A program made the translations under genes and the position numbers. The notes beneath the pieces were generated by a model that saw only the letters and a program-made list of their open reading frames with translations, did not search any database and was not told the origin of the DNA. Shown piece by piece: positions 32,680 through 47,844 of a stretch of 64,000 bases of DNA. The stretch comes from Stegostoma tigrinum. Lineage: Eukaryota. The DNA lies in contig NC_081391.1 of assembly GCF_030684315.1 (NCBI RefSeq), positions 20,854,629 through 20,918,628 of the forward strand, in the 5' to 3' direction. Positions within the stretch are counted from its first letter, which is position 1. Each line of letters starts with the position of its first letter.

Positions 32680-33310
32680 ACATTAAGACCATAACTCTTT
32701 TTCATTTTAAACGTAAGTGTAAGGCATTGGGTTCCAGATGAGATTTCACTGGTCTTACTATTGATTTTAAGCAAAACACACTTTATGTTTACACTAGGGT
32801 CAAAATGAAAAGAAAAGAAATGGCTTACTTTATGAAATGCATAACAGAATAATAGCTATAATAACAAATACTAATTAGCTGTTCCAATACAGTAACATCC
32901 CATAAACACACCCTTGGCAAAGGCAGATTCAGTGAAATAGATTGTCTCACATGCAATTCTAAAAGCCGGAGGAGAACCCCCAGCTTGTAGCTGTAACAGA
33001 GAGGAATAAGAGCTCCCACGGCCAGCTCAAAAACCTCAGCAACTGCTGAAAGGTAAAACTAAAAATCCTGGTTCAGTGGGATCTTGACAAAACACTCACC
33101 CACTTCACCCCCACCAAACCTCACTCGCCCACACCCCCAAGCACCTCAACTCAGGTCACTTTGATTGTTCCAACTGCAATAATAAACCTCAATGTGTCAC
33201 GAGCTGGTTAATTTATTGGCTTTGAGCTGACTGTTCTCCACCTCTGTAGCAACCTTTCTTCATTAAAAATGTGGTCAAAATAGACATTTTTAAGCCATTA
33301 TATCATCACA
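32680..33310. repeat. Unclassified interspersed repeat (possibly a solo LTR)
   Basis: Homologous to 47540-47845 plus 51043-51330 ('gttccaatacagtaac...', 'tagattgtctcacatgcaattc'). Confidence 0.5.
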
Positions 33311-33774
33311 CTCACTAAACCATTCCTATTCATGCACCTGTCCAAATATCTCCTAAACGGTGTAATCGTACCAGCCACTATCAATTCATCTGGCATTGCA
33401 TTCCATACACGTGGGAAAAACTGCCCCTCAGGTCCCTTTTAGATCTTCTAGAATGAAACTAGCTGTAAACACTTGGGGTATCAGCGAAACACTTGAAGCA
33501 AAGAGAACCAGCTTTGGTCTGATGGTAAAAATTTGCTTCACCAGAAGTAACTTCAGATAATCACGTCGTTCCTGTACTAGGATAAATACTTTCTGAGCGA
33601 ACGCTTCAGGAGGCAGTGGGACCTGAATGCAGAGTCTTCAGATCCAGTGGTATGGACATTACTACACCATATTCCCTTTTAAAATGACCAGCTAGTTTGG
33701 CCTATGTTGAGGGCCTATCACTCCAAAGGCACTTGAATAATCCAGACTAATTTCCCAAACCTCTCTATATTCCA

Positions 33775-33939
33775 AATCTCTGACTGGCTCGGGATCTCAG
33801 CCCTCTCCCCATAACACCCCCTCCTTTTTCATTGGTGCCTGGATTGATGGGATATTCCTGATTGGCTGTCAGCAATTGTCAGTGATCACCAGCAATGTCA
33901 TTGCCTGGTTGAGTGCAGGATGTCCCAGGAGTATAAATA
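33775..33939 (+). promoter_or_regulatory. Ferritin promoter module of copy 6 (TATAAATA 33932-33939)
   Basis: Conserved with the copy 1 promoter from about 33540 onward; proximal ATTGG and TATA intact. Confidence 0.7.
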
Positions 33940-34006
33940 AAAGAGCTTGTGACTGAGAGGCTCAGTTCTAGAGCTGTCTAAGTGATAGTGAGCAGGAATA
34001 GTGAGG

Positions 34007-36686
<2,680 letters not shown>

Positions 36687-37677
36687 ACCTACAGCAAGGA
36701 TCAACATTCTCTACAAATGAGACTTTCTTCTGCAAATTTTTGTCCTGGGCTTGATTATGGAATGTACTAACAGCAATAAATACTATGGATTAGAATTAAC
36801 ATTTAACTCTTGATCTCAATGACTTGGAAAATCTCTACTCCCTATTTTCCAGGCAGAAAATAATCTCAAGGGATGCTTACCTGAATTAATGAAATAACCT
36901 TTCTTCCCAGTGTGATGGAAGGCTAGCAAGAATCTGCCTGTCTCAATGCCCACCAGGAGCTCAACCTTCTGGGGGAAGTCACAAAGTCAAAACTTCTTCA
37001 CGTAGAAGGAACAATGCCACTGGTAATAGCATTCCCTCCTAACCTTCTGTCCAGTGGGCGCCACCACCCACCTTACACCCCCTGCCCAGCCCAACCAAAG
37101 AACTTCAGCTGTTTCTAAACTCAACTAGTCACATTAGTAACATGTAATTGTAGCTCACCTCTGCTCTGAAATGACAACTGTGGTCAACTTTTTTGTAAAG
37201 CTTGACACTTGACTACATACCCCACTCACCTATGTCAGAAATGTTAAAGATAATGACTAGGTATGGATCCAACTTAAAACATTGGCTTTTTTTTCAGGTG
37301 CCCATTGAAACCATTAAGTTAACCTAATAATGACAGGAACCTGTCCATGTGATACTGAAGTATCCAAATGTGGAGAAGTCATAACTGCCAACTGTCCAAA
37401 TCAGAATTGTTGCATCAGACTCATAGCCAGGCCTAACCCTCTTACTGAAAGTGAGGACCTGCATCCAAAAGTAACACCCTTGGGTAAAGCTTAACTCAGC
37501 TGCAACGTCCCCTGGTTGAAACAAGTCAACACTTAGTTGAAACCTCAACGTGTGTCCTCCTCCAGAATCTTCAGGTAGTGGCAGGATCGAGGTCTGTGGG
37601 GCATTTGAAATCCACTGATCCCTTTCTGTATTTTGAGTGAGTGAATATGACATACAAAACAAAATATTTCACCTGAG

Positions 37678-37765
37678 CTAACAAGGTGTAGAGCTGGATG
37701 AACACAGCAGGCCAAGCAGCACCAGAGGAACAGGAAGGCTGATGTTTCTGCCCTAGACCCTTCTG
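37678..37765 (-). mobile_element. Short Penelope-terminal-derived repeat
   Basis: 'aacaaggtgtagagctggatgaacacagcaggccaagcagc...tagacccttc'. Confidence 0.72.
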
Positions 37766-37975
37766 TGGGAAGAAAAAAAAAATTGTCATTTCAGAGCAGA
37801 AGTGAGCTGAGAATTGCATCTTACTAATGTGACTAGCATCTACAATTCCTACCATCTGAAATATTTTACCCCCTCCTGACCCAAATATTTTTCTTGCCCA
37901 TCTGTTTAACAAGTCAGTGGGGAAGGCTGTCTATTGTGTTAACCTGGTATTTAGGTGCTTTGTGCAGCTCTTTCA

Positions 37976-38041
37976 ACCAGACATGCCCTCTCCCCGCGCT
38001 TATCTCCACCAGACATGCCCTCTCCCTGTGCTTATCTCCAC
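37976..38041. repeat. 32-bp tandem duplication
   Basis: accagacatgccctctccc(c/t)g(c/t)gcttatctcc twice. Confidence 0.85.
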
Positions 38042-38369
38042 TTCTTTCAATAACCAATACAAATGTTGATGGCAATTAGCCTGCATGGAAGGTGTGGACC
38101 TTCTGATATTAGCACTGATTCAGCCAAGTGAAGAGTATTCCATCGCACTCCTGAATGGTCTCACAGATGGGAAACAGGCTTTTGAGATGCACGAGTTGGG
38201 TTACTCGCTGTCAGATTCCTTGACCATAACCTGCTCTTGGAGTCTCTGAATTGATATGACTACTCCAGTTTAGTTTCTGGTTAGTGGTAATCCCAGGATG
38301 TTGATAGACACCACCTGCCAATCACACAGCTGATGCCATATGTAAGGACGAGGAAACACCACCACCCGT

Positions 38370-38570
38370 GAGTTCCGTCCAATCCCATGCACCATCACTG
38401 GATCATAATCCTGGAACACCTTCCCGGAAGGCACTGTGGGTGTGGCTAAATCAATTGACTGTATCAGTTCAAGGAGGCAGCTCACCACCACCTTCTGAAG
38501 GGCACCTAGGGATGGGCAATGAATGCTGGACGAGCCAGCACTGCCCATGCCTCATGAATAAATGAAAAAA
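38370..38570 (+). mobile_element. LINE (L2/CR1-group) 3' end
   Basis: 'ttcaaggaggcagctcaccaccaccttct...agggatgggcaatgaatgctgg...gaataaatgaaaaaa' resembles L2-type tails; recognised from memory only. Confidence 0.45.
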
Positions 38571-39711
38571 TTTTCTCAAAGACTCTTCATCAAAAATAAA
38601 ATTTAGCATTTAATGTCAAGGGTAAAATATTGGGACACATGCAGATTTATAGAATGGGTGGAGAGGTTTATAGGATGTTCCCAATGATGAGAGGCTTCAT
38701 TTTTCATTCAGTCACATCTTGCTCTGAGCAACCAGCTAGTTTGGGGTATGCACGGGATCTACTATTCCAAAAGCAATGATATCATTAAGGTTCATTTCCT
38801 CAACCTGTCCATCTTCCAGATCTCTGATTGGCTCCAGATCTCAGCCCCGCCCTCACAGTCTGCTCTGCTTTGTTCATTGGTGCCTGGGCACAAGGGTGAT
38901 TCCTCATTGGCAATAAGGCATGGTCAATCATCATTCATGATGCCTGTTTCTGTTTGAGTGCAGGATATTCTAGGAGTGTAAATGCAAGACCTCAGAGAAG
39001 AGTGGTTCAGTTCCACAGTTGCCTAGGTGATAGTGAGCAGGAATAGTGAATATGGCCTCCCAAGTGTGTCAGAACTACCACAAGGATTGTGAGGATGCTG
39101 TTAACAAGCAGATCAACCTGGAGCTCTATTCCTCCTATGTTTACCTCTCCATGGTAAGGCTTAAGAGCTTGAGGTGTAATCTGAAGTTGTGACAAAATGG
39201 CTTGTGTAAGTTCTGGTGATCTCAGACATGGAATAATTGGAGTGAGTGGGATGATTTTATGGTGGCTGTTTTCTCACAGCTTGTTTTATGAAAACTGCTG
39301 TGTAACGGTAGTGTCCCTACCTCTGAACTAGCAGACTTGGTTTCAAGTTCCACATGCTCCAATGGTGTCAGAACAGGTCACTTATTACCTAAATAGTACT
39401 GAGCTGCTTATTGGGTTTTCCAGCCATGAACCTAGTTGTTCAAATTCACTCAAAGGTGTTACTGCTGTAGTTGTCAGATCTGCTTTAGATGGATGTGTGT
39501 GTGCATGTGACACCACGTCCTGGTGTTGAGGATTGCATCCTTCCTTCACTGGAAGAGTGGAGGCTTTGTATTCATCTGTCCAATGAATTAGACAGATTCT
39601 CATGAGTGCCCATTGCTCTGGAGTTGTTTGAAGTACTTTTCACTCTTTTTTTTCCTGTTTTGAATGTTGTAAGTGTTGCTAGAAAGTCATTTTCCACAAT
39701 GTGTTCAACCA

Positions 39712-40030
39712 TGGGTGGCATGGTGGGTCAATAGCTAAAACTGTTAACCCACTGTGCCAGGGACTGAGGTTTGATTCCACTCTCTGTCTGACTACATCTA
39801 TCTTGTAGAGCTTCTGTGTTCTCACTATTTATTTGTTTCCTCACATAATCTGTACAGATTTTAGGTGGCTTGACAATGCTAAAATGTCCATGATGCCTAA
39901 GGATATTTATGTAATCTTACTGTTGGAAAAGTGAAGTTAAAAGGACACAACAGGGACCTAGTTCTGGGTGGGATGCATGTCAGAAGGCTTGAATGGTCTG
40001 AATGGCCTGTCCCACACTGCAGGGTCCCAA
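39712..40030 (+). mobile_element. Degenerate HE1/V-SINE-like element in intron 1 of copy 7
   Basis: 'gggtggcatggtgggtcaatag...ggtttgattcc' head and 'aatggtctgaatggcctgtcccacactg' tail. Confidence 0.55.
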
Positions 40031-41160
40031 TGATTCAGTGCAGCAGTGTCTTTCAATGATGGACCTAATGTGGGTGATCTGCCTGACTGAAAAGATTTTC
40101 CCCAAGGTGATAAAGGCATGTTGGGTTTCCTGAAAACAGGAGGTACCACATAGGCATAAATGTTAGTGGTGTTAGATTCTGGTCGTGGTCTGAAATCTAG
40201 TAAAATTGTGGTGATAATTGAAGGTCAGTTAGCTAAACTTGGGTTATCAGGGAGCAACTGAACTCAAATACATGCTGTTTAAATTTCTTTTCAAAACCAT
40301 CTCCCCTGAAAATCTGGGATAGCATTTGGAGTTTTAAGATAATTCTTGCTTTCTCTACAGTCTGTTTACTTTGACCAATAAACAATTGCTTGGCTAAAAT
40401 GTGAGCCCCTAATTGGAAGCAAAGTGACTGATTAGTGGGTAACTTAAACCACTGGTATTATCTTCCAATGATCCAAAGATGATTCCTGACCCCTCACTTT
40501 CCACTCCCTCTGTTTGCAGTTCTCTTACTTTGACCGGGATGATGTTGCCCTGTGTCACTTTGCTGAGTTCTTCAAGGACCAGTCCCATGAGGAACGGGAA
40601 CATGCTGAGAACTGATGGCATTCCAGAATAAACGTGGAGGCCAAGTCTTCCTGCAGGACATCAAGGTGTGATTTTGTTTATTGTACCAATCTAGCAGTAA
40701 TTCTGACCAATTTAATTCAATAGTCTATTACAGTAATTTGATGCATTCAAACTACATAAACTCACTTAAAAGTGATTGAAGCAAGTGAAGTATCTGCCTC
40801 TTCCCTCCCTCCAGAAGCCAGGGCAGGATGAGTGGGGCAATGGTCTGGAGGCAATGCAGAGAGCTCTGCAGATGGAGAAGGATGTGAACCAGAGTCTGCT
40901 GGATCTGCACAAACTCTCCTCTGGCAACATGGACCCTCATGTGAGTTCCTGATGACTTTAAATCTGTGCTTTTGGCTTAAATGGGCATGATCCTGTGCCT
41001 GTTATGCCCTCCATCACTATCTGAATTGTGAAGTGTTGTATGGGGATGGCTCAAGGTCTAGTGTTCCCAAGATCTGAGTACTTTTGAGATGCTCTTGGTC
41101 AATATTAATGATGTGACTTAACTGGCTGCTCTCAACATGGAATTGAAGCTCGAGGAAATT

Positions 41161-41372
41161 GTGATAACCAAATGTGGAGCTGGATGAACAGCAGGCCAAG
41201 CAGCATCAGGAGGAGCACAAAAGCTGACGTTTTCAGGCCCAGACCCTCTAGGCCTAGATTTGAGGGGTCTGGGCCTGAAATGCCAGCTTTTGTGCTCCTC
41301 CTGATGCTGCTTGGCCTGCTGTGTTCATTCAGCTCCACACTGTTATCACATTCTCCAGCATCTGCAGTTACA
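41161..41372. repeat. Head-to-head pair of Penelope-terminal repeats forming a hairpin in intron 3 of copy 7
   Basis: Arms 41161-41248 and 41262-41349 are near reverse complements. Confidence 0.88.
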
Positions 41373-42874
41373 AATTCATCAAGAGATAATGGGATTTGTT
41401 GTTAAATGTAACTAGGTCCCTTTGCTTTCCAGCTGTATGACTTCCTGGAGAGGCACTACTTGGATGAGCAAGTGAAGATGATCAAGAAGCTGGGCGATCA
41501 CATCATCAACCTGAAGAGACTGGGAGCCCCTGACAATGGCATGGGAGAGTACCTGTTTGACAGGCTCACCCTGGGGGAGAATGACTGAAGGAGCAAGCTT
41601 TGTAATTTCTGGTTAGAAATTGAAGGCCTCCATCAGCTCTCTTGTTCTAAAAACAGATGAGAATCGATCTTTTTTAAACAAAATATAATGGTATAAATTA
41701 ACTACAATATTGTACTGTTTTATTACCTTAAATGCTCATACTTTCTGCAAGAACTATAGCAGACAATGACCAGCAACCTTTATTGTACTGCTTATAGCAA
41801 GACCTCTTTAATACATATCTGTTCCCTCTAAAAGACTTCTCAGCCAACCTGCCTTGCCTATTACCCATTGAACATGGCTGCAGCCATCAACGAAACAGCT
41901 TTGTGTCTATCAGGCTGGCTGTGGTGTTGCACTGTTTGAACTGAGCCTGTTATGACTCCCTGCATGTCGGTGCAGTTGACCAGGACAGGTGTCAACGGAA
42001 TCAATTTTTGGTTCACATGGTCAGAATTTTAAAACTTACTAAATGTTTATCAACACAAGCAGCAAGTTAGCAGTTGGTGCAGGATCTAAGTTATCCATGA
42101 AGACTGATCCCACAAATTACTTGGGACAGATTACCCGTCCCACACCCTTTTGTCTTATGGTGCCTGGATGCCTGTCATTTCCAACTGGCTATCAGGCATC
42201 GTTAGTGATGCTCTCTAGTGGCATGCAACATGTCCTGGGAGTATAAATACAAGAACTTGTTGAGCTTTGCGCCAGGAAGACATGCCATTCAATGGAAATG
42301 TGACTCCTGTGACTGCAGTGTGGATTTATTAAAACATGTAATCCACGAAGCCTGGGAGTTTAGACAATCAGTGACTCCTAGATGCTCATTCACTTCATGT
42401 GGGTTCCACTTTTTAATAAAAATAGAACTATTAAAAATCCTTCATCCATATTTGGATAATTTCAGTTTAAATTTGAATCTAAGCTTTAGAATGGCACAGA
42501 ATCCTAATGTTTTGGTTTTCCACATCTGAATTGCATGTAAAAGCTTAACCATGTATGAGTCGCTCCTTCCCGCAGTCCTCTTTTTGACTGGGGTGTTGTC
42601 GTTCTGCCACTCTGCATTCTTCAAGGAGCAGAACATACTGAAACTTCTGGCATTCCAGAACAAACATGGGGGCGAGTCCTCCTGCAGGGCATCAAGGTTA
42701 GATTTGATCTAGTTTTTCTACTAGATTAGAAGTAACATCACTCCATTCCATATGGATTTGAAGTAATTTAACTCTTGTGTGTGACTTTCATGTATTGATG
42801 CCCTATTAGTCTCTCTTGCACTTTTTACTGGGCTGAATACCAACTGTAACAAAGTGACTCCCTCTTTCACTCCA

Positions 42875-44039
42875 TAAGACATAGGAGTGGAAGTAAGGCC
42901 ATTCGGCCTATCAAGTCCACTCTGCCATTTAAATCATGGCTGGGCATTTCAACACCACTTCCCTGCACTCTCCCCGTAGCCCTTGATTCCTTCTGAGATC
43001 AAGAATTTGTCTATCTCTGCCTTGAAGGCATCCAACGTCCCAGCCTCCACTGCACTCTATGGCAATGAATTCCACAGGCCCACCACTCTCTGGCTGAAGA
43101 AATGTCATCTCATTTCAGTTTTAAATTTACCCCCTCTAATTTTAAGGCTGTGCCCACGGGTTCTAGTCTCCCTGCCTAACAGAAACAACTTCCTAGCGTC
43201 CACCCCTTCTAAACCATACATTATCTTGTAAGTATCTATTAGATCTCCCCTCAACCTTCTAAACTCTAATGAGTACAATCCCAGGATCCTTAGCCGTTCA
43301 TCATATGTTAAACCTACCATTCCAGGGATCATCCATGTGAATTCATCCATGTGAATCTCTGCTGGACACGCTCCAGGGCTAGTATATCCTTCCTGAGGTG
43401 CGGGGCCCAAAATTGAATGCAGTATTCTTACTAGAGCCTTATAAAGCCTCAGAGGCACATCGCTGCTTTTATATTCCAACCCTCTTGAGATAAACGCCAA
43501 CATTACATTCGCTTTCTTAATCACAGACTCCACCTGCAAGTTAACCTTTACAGAATCGTGGGTCAACACTCCCAGATCCCTTTGCGCCTCTGATTTGCCG
43601 ATTTGCCAATTTTCTCACCGTTTAGAAAATAGTCCATGCCTGTATTCCTTTTTTGTTCCAAAGTGCAAAACCTCACATTTACTCACATTGAATTTCATCA
43701 ACCATTTCCTGGACCACTGTCCTAAACTGTCTAAATCTTTCTGCAGCTTCCCCACCTCCTCAGTACTACCTGCCTGCCCACCTATCTTTGTATCATCGGC
43801 AAACTTCGCCAGAATGCCCCCAGTCCCTTCATCCAGATCATTAATATAGAAGGTGAACAGCTGTGGCCCCAACACTGAACCCTGCGGGACGCCACTCGTC
43901 ACCGGTTGCCATTCCGAGAAAGAGCCTTTTATCCCAACTCTCTCTGCCTTCTGTCAGATAGTCAATCCAAGCCAGTAGCTCACCTCGAACACCGTGGGCC
44001 CTCACCTTGCTCAGCAGCCTCGCGTGAGGCACTGTATCA
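42875..44039 (-). mobile_element. 5'-truncated CR1 LINE
   Basis: Minus ORFs TSGVPQGSVLGPQLF..INDL..KFADDTKIGG and LGLYSLEFRRLRGDLI..YKI; short microsatellite-like tail near 42875. Confidence 0.9.
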
Positions 44040-45468
44040 AGAAGCCAGAGCAGGATGAGTGGGACAGTGGTCTGGAGGCAATGCAGAGACCTCTGCAGAT
44101 GGAGAAGGATGTGAACCAGTGTCTGCTGGATCTGCACAAGCTCAGCTCTCAACATGGGCCCCCACATGAGTTCTTTTGTTCCAGCTGTGTGATCTAATTT
44201 ATATTTAAAATGGCTTGTAATGTTAATAACAGGAATAGTATCTCCCACAGCTCTTCAATATTTACACCAATATAATTTATCTGAGAATGCTACTTCACCA
44301 ACTAACTTTAATGTAGGCCACTGAATGAAGTCTGTTATGCCGTCTCCAATCATGGGTATCTAAATCCTCAACTTCTTTCCAGACTTGCCCACCTAAATTT
44401 TGATTCCCTTTGTGGTTGTTTTTTTTTTGATGTGACCCATCCCTCTGCTGCCAAGAATTCCACAGATTCACTCCCAACAATTTCCTGTCTAACCCCTTGC
44501 CTGAGATCATGCCTTTGGATCATACACTCTCTCTCACGGAGAAATGAACGTTCCACTTGGACCCTGTAAAGCCCCATAGAATCCTGTGTTTCAGTGAGGT
44601 CTCCTTTTCTGTGCTGAGTGCAGGATTGACAATTTCCCTTAACTATCCATCTGTCTCCACAGTCACATGACACTGAGTTGCCATCAACAATGTTTCTCTT
44701 ATCTCTAATCTGGATAAATAATAGATGACTATCTCTCTCTCGCGCTCTCTCTCGTTAATGTCTGACCCCAACACCATGAGCTCTCTATTGTGTCTGAGTG
44801 TACAATCTCTCCAGACTTCAGACCCCAGATAAAGCAAGTTTCCTTGCTGATAAGGAAAATGCCAACTTGCTGAACTGAGGTGTGTGTTTGTTTCTTTGGT
44901 TTTATGCTGATCCTGATCAAGATCAATTGGAAGACCATGTGTAGAGCTGTGCAGACAGAAATAGAGAAAGTGCTCCTCCTGCTTATTCTGAAACTGAGGC
45001 CTGTATCAATGGGTGTGAGGCTGTGGCTTTCAGACACCAATTAAACTGGCTTTAATCAATTCTTACCCTTGGGGAGGAAGGACAGGGGAAAGTGCTTATC
45101 CCATGGTGATGAAGCTTTACTGGGGAAAACTTTAGGATGGCAGTGCAGGAGGGAGTGATTAGATTTTTTTAAACAGATGTAAACATGAAGGTGGCTTAAA
45201 CAATATTCAGCATTAGACCAGTTGTATGTTTCCTTGTGCTTTTTTTTTTGCATCCTGGTTTGTGAAACAAAAGTAAAATCAGTGTTTTTTTTTTGCTCTT
45301 TGTAAATTTCAATTATATTTGAGCTAGAAATGTCTACCCATGTTAGTGCTGCCCAGGATCAGTTGAGGGAAGGCTCCTTGAATTTTTCTTGTGTAGATTC
45401 TCCTCAACCTTAACATGTGACTTCCTGGAGAGGCACTACTTGGATGAGCAAGTGAAGATGATCAAGAA

Positions 45469-45570
45469 CGTCAGCTTTTGTGCTCCTGAGATGCTGCTGG
45501 GCCTGCTGTGTTCATCCAGCCTCACATTTTATTATCTTGGATTCTCCAGCATCTGCAGTTCCCATTATCA
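45469..45570 (+). mobile_element. 102-bp Penelope-terminal-derived insertion in exon 4 of copy 8 with 14-bp target-site duplication
   Basis: AAGATGATCAAGAA at 45455-45468 and 45571-45584 flanks the insert. Confidence 0.92.
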
Positions 45571-45979
45571 AAGATGATCAAGAAGCTGGGAGATCACATC
45601 GCCAACCTGAGGAGACTGGGAGCCCCTGACAATGGCATGGGAGAGTACGTGTTTGACAGGTTCACACTCAGCTGAGCAGGGTTTTAGAACAAACTGTTCT
45701 GTGTGACTGAATTTTGTAGAAGATTTTGATTTGTCCTGTCATTCTGCACAGGAATAAAACATTTTATTGAACTGGCTTTGATCTTTGGTTCATTACATCA
45801 TACAATCTCAGTATTAGCTAACCAGAAACTAAACTGGAAAATGTCGACAGCATAAATTCCATTTACTTCACTATCTGGCCAGGTTGGTGTCATTGTTCCT
45901 TAAACAAATTGTATAAAGCTCAATTTTTTTTCATGGAAGAGCTGCATCATCATTCCTGCAAAGGGGCTCCTCGTGACAT

Positions 45980-46250
45980 TATAGAAACAGGCCCTCACCC
46001 CCAAGTCCAAAGTGCCACTTCAAGAAGCATCCCCCACATAATCACCCCTATCCTATCCATGTAACCTTGTTTCTTGTGCCTCATCCACCTAGCCTACACT
46101 TCCCTGGACGCATGGTCAATTTAGCATGGGTGATCTACTTAACCTGCAGGTCTTTGGAGGAAACTGGAACACCTGGAAGAAGCACACATAGGGAGAACAA
46201 GCAAACTCAAAACACACAGTTGCTTGAGGCAGGAATTGAACATAGACCCC
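45980..46250 (-). mobile_element. Degenerate HE1/V-SINE-like element
   Basis: Similar to 26253-26535 ('atccacctagcctacac', 'gcacacatagggagaac', 'gcaggaattgaac'). Confidence 0.6.
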
Positions 46251-46314
46251 CTGCTTTTATGGCTTTTTGCTTTTAAAAAACGCAAGCTAGTATTACATCT
46301 GTAATAGTATTACT

Positions 46315-46408
46315 CTCTGATGAAGGGTCTAGGCCCGAAGCATCAGCTTTTGTGCTCCTGAGGTGCTGCTTGGCCTGCTGTGTTCATCCAGCTTCACACT
46401 TTGTTAAC
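46315..46408 (+). mobile_element. Short Penelope-terminal repeat with hammerhead-like core
   Basis: CTGATGA-agggtctaggccc-GAAG-catc (GAAA box has one mismatch). Confidence 0.72.
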
Positions 46409-46429
46409 ATGCTATCAATTGTTGTTCAT

Positions 46430-47540
46430 CATCCATCCACTCCTATACCACCCATGTCAAATAACACCAAAAAGGCTCAACTAACAATCATTAGGGCATC
46501 ACGCTGAGATCTTCCATACTCAATTTGCAGAAAGGCAAACTAGGCCCTGGCTGTAGTTTTCTTTGAATTTCCTGGCGGTAAGACTTGCTGCGTGAATAGC
46601 AAAGAAAGTGGAGTTGGGTTCAGAGCACTTTCCTCTCATTCGACATTTCACATCCTTCCTCCTGCCCATCCTATCACCCATCACCCTCCATCTTGATTCA
46701 TAAGCAGCCTTTCATCTGCAGGTCACTTTCTTAAATACTTTAAAACAGAGTTCTTAGCAGGGAACCATGGAATGGGAATGTGGAATAGATTATGCTCGGG
46801 AGGAGAGGTCTTAGTTACAAACTCATTCCGCTCCAAAGTTGTGAAGCTCTGAGAGCGGAATGTTGGCTTCTATTTGAACAAAGCCAACGTCAGCAACGTA
46901 TACAGGTTTTACTTGGAAATGGCAATCCAGGTTGACCTGGGGGAAATCTTTTAAATCTGTTTGAGAAATAGTTTTGAATTTGGGAATTAATAGGGGCAAT
47001 AATTATGAACTCTGAGATTCAGCTACAAAGTCTAGTCACGCTGTCCAGCAGCATCAGGCTTTCATTTGGTTTCTAAATGAATAGATGAAAGAGTAGAGTC
47101 TTACCCACTTCTGTCAATGATACTGTGCGGTGTGTGACAGTAAGTACCGGAGATAGCAGCTGAAAATTGCCTCATGGTCACACATGCAAATGCAGTTCAT
47201 TTGAGGAGATCCGGCATGTATCTCCTACCGGAAAATCACATTTAACTGACCGGCAGGAGTTTTTTTTTGAAGATGTAAGCAAGAGGATTGCTGTCAGTGT
47301 GGCCTACGTGGACAATCAAAAGGCATTTTATGCAAAGCCGCAACAAACTTATGAACAATGTTAAAGCTCCTGCAATAAAAGGCACGAGCGTGACATAGAT
47401 ATGGGGTTGGCTGAGTGACTGGAAACAGAAGGAAACGGCTAATGGATGTTCTTGGGAATGGGGGGAGGTTTGTAGTGGAATTCCACAGGTTCCAGTGTTG
47501 GGAGCCACATTTTTTTAAAAAGTGAATTCATGACTTAGTG
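46430..47540 (+). repeat. Spacer block duplicated at about 57780-58860 (includes an old LINE remnant)
   Basis: Shared strings such as 'gggaatgtggaat.gattat.ctc.ggaggagaggtc', 'gtttctaaa..gaata.atgaaagagta.agtc', 'ttccacaggttccag.gt.gggagcca'. Confidence 0.75.
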
Positions 47541-47844
47541 TTATAGACCAAACCCCCTCAAATTATTTTAAAGTAGCCTCGAACCTAGCTCTTTTCTTAT
47601 TATAAAGGCAAATGTTAAAGTGCTGTGTTCGAGATGCAACTTCATTAGTCAGACTGCTCAACAGTAAGCAAATCAGAATTTATTCAAACACTACAGTTAA
47701 AATACAACAAAAAAATTAGAACAGCTTAACTCTATTGCAAAATTTCAACAGAATAATAGATACAGTAACTTTTACTAATTAATTGTTCCAATATATTAAC
47801 AACCCGTAAACACAGACAGCGAAAAAGGCAAAGACAGAGATAAA

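Larger units (their letters stand above)
39052..41588 (+). pseudogene. Ferritin copy 7, single frameshift
   Basis: Exons 39052-39153, 40520-40665 (146 nt; GAGAAACTG>GAGAACTG), 40815-40940, 41433-41588 (LYDFLE...LGEND*); TATA altered to TGTAAATG. Confidence 0.82.
42150..45675 (+). pseudogene. Ferritin copy 8, heavily disrupted, short C-terminus
   Basis: TATA at 42242 but exon 1 deleted; exon 2 eroded (42576-42696); CR1 inserted at the exon 3 acceptor; exon 3 44042-44167 lacks its GT donor; exon 4 (about 45416-45675, FTLS*) split by an insertion. Introns match copy 10. Confidence 0.9.
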
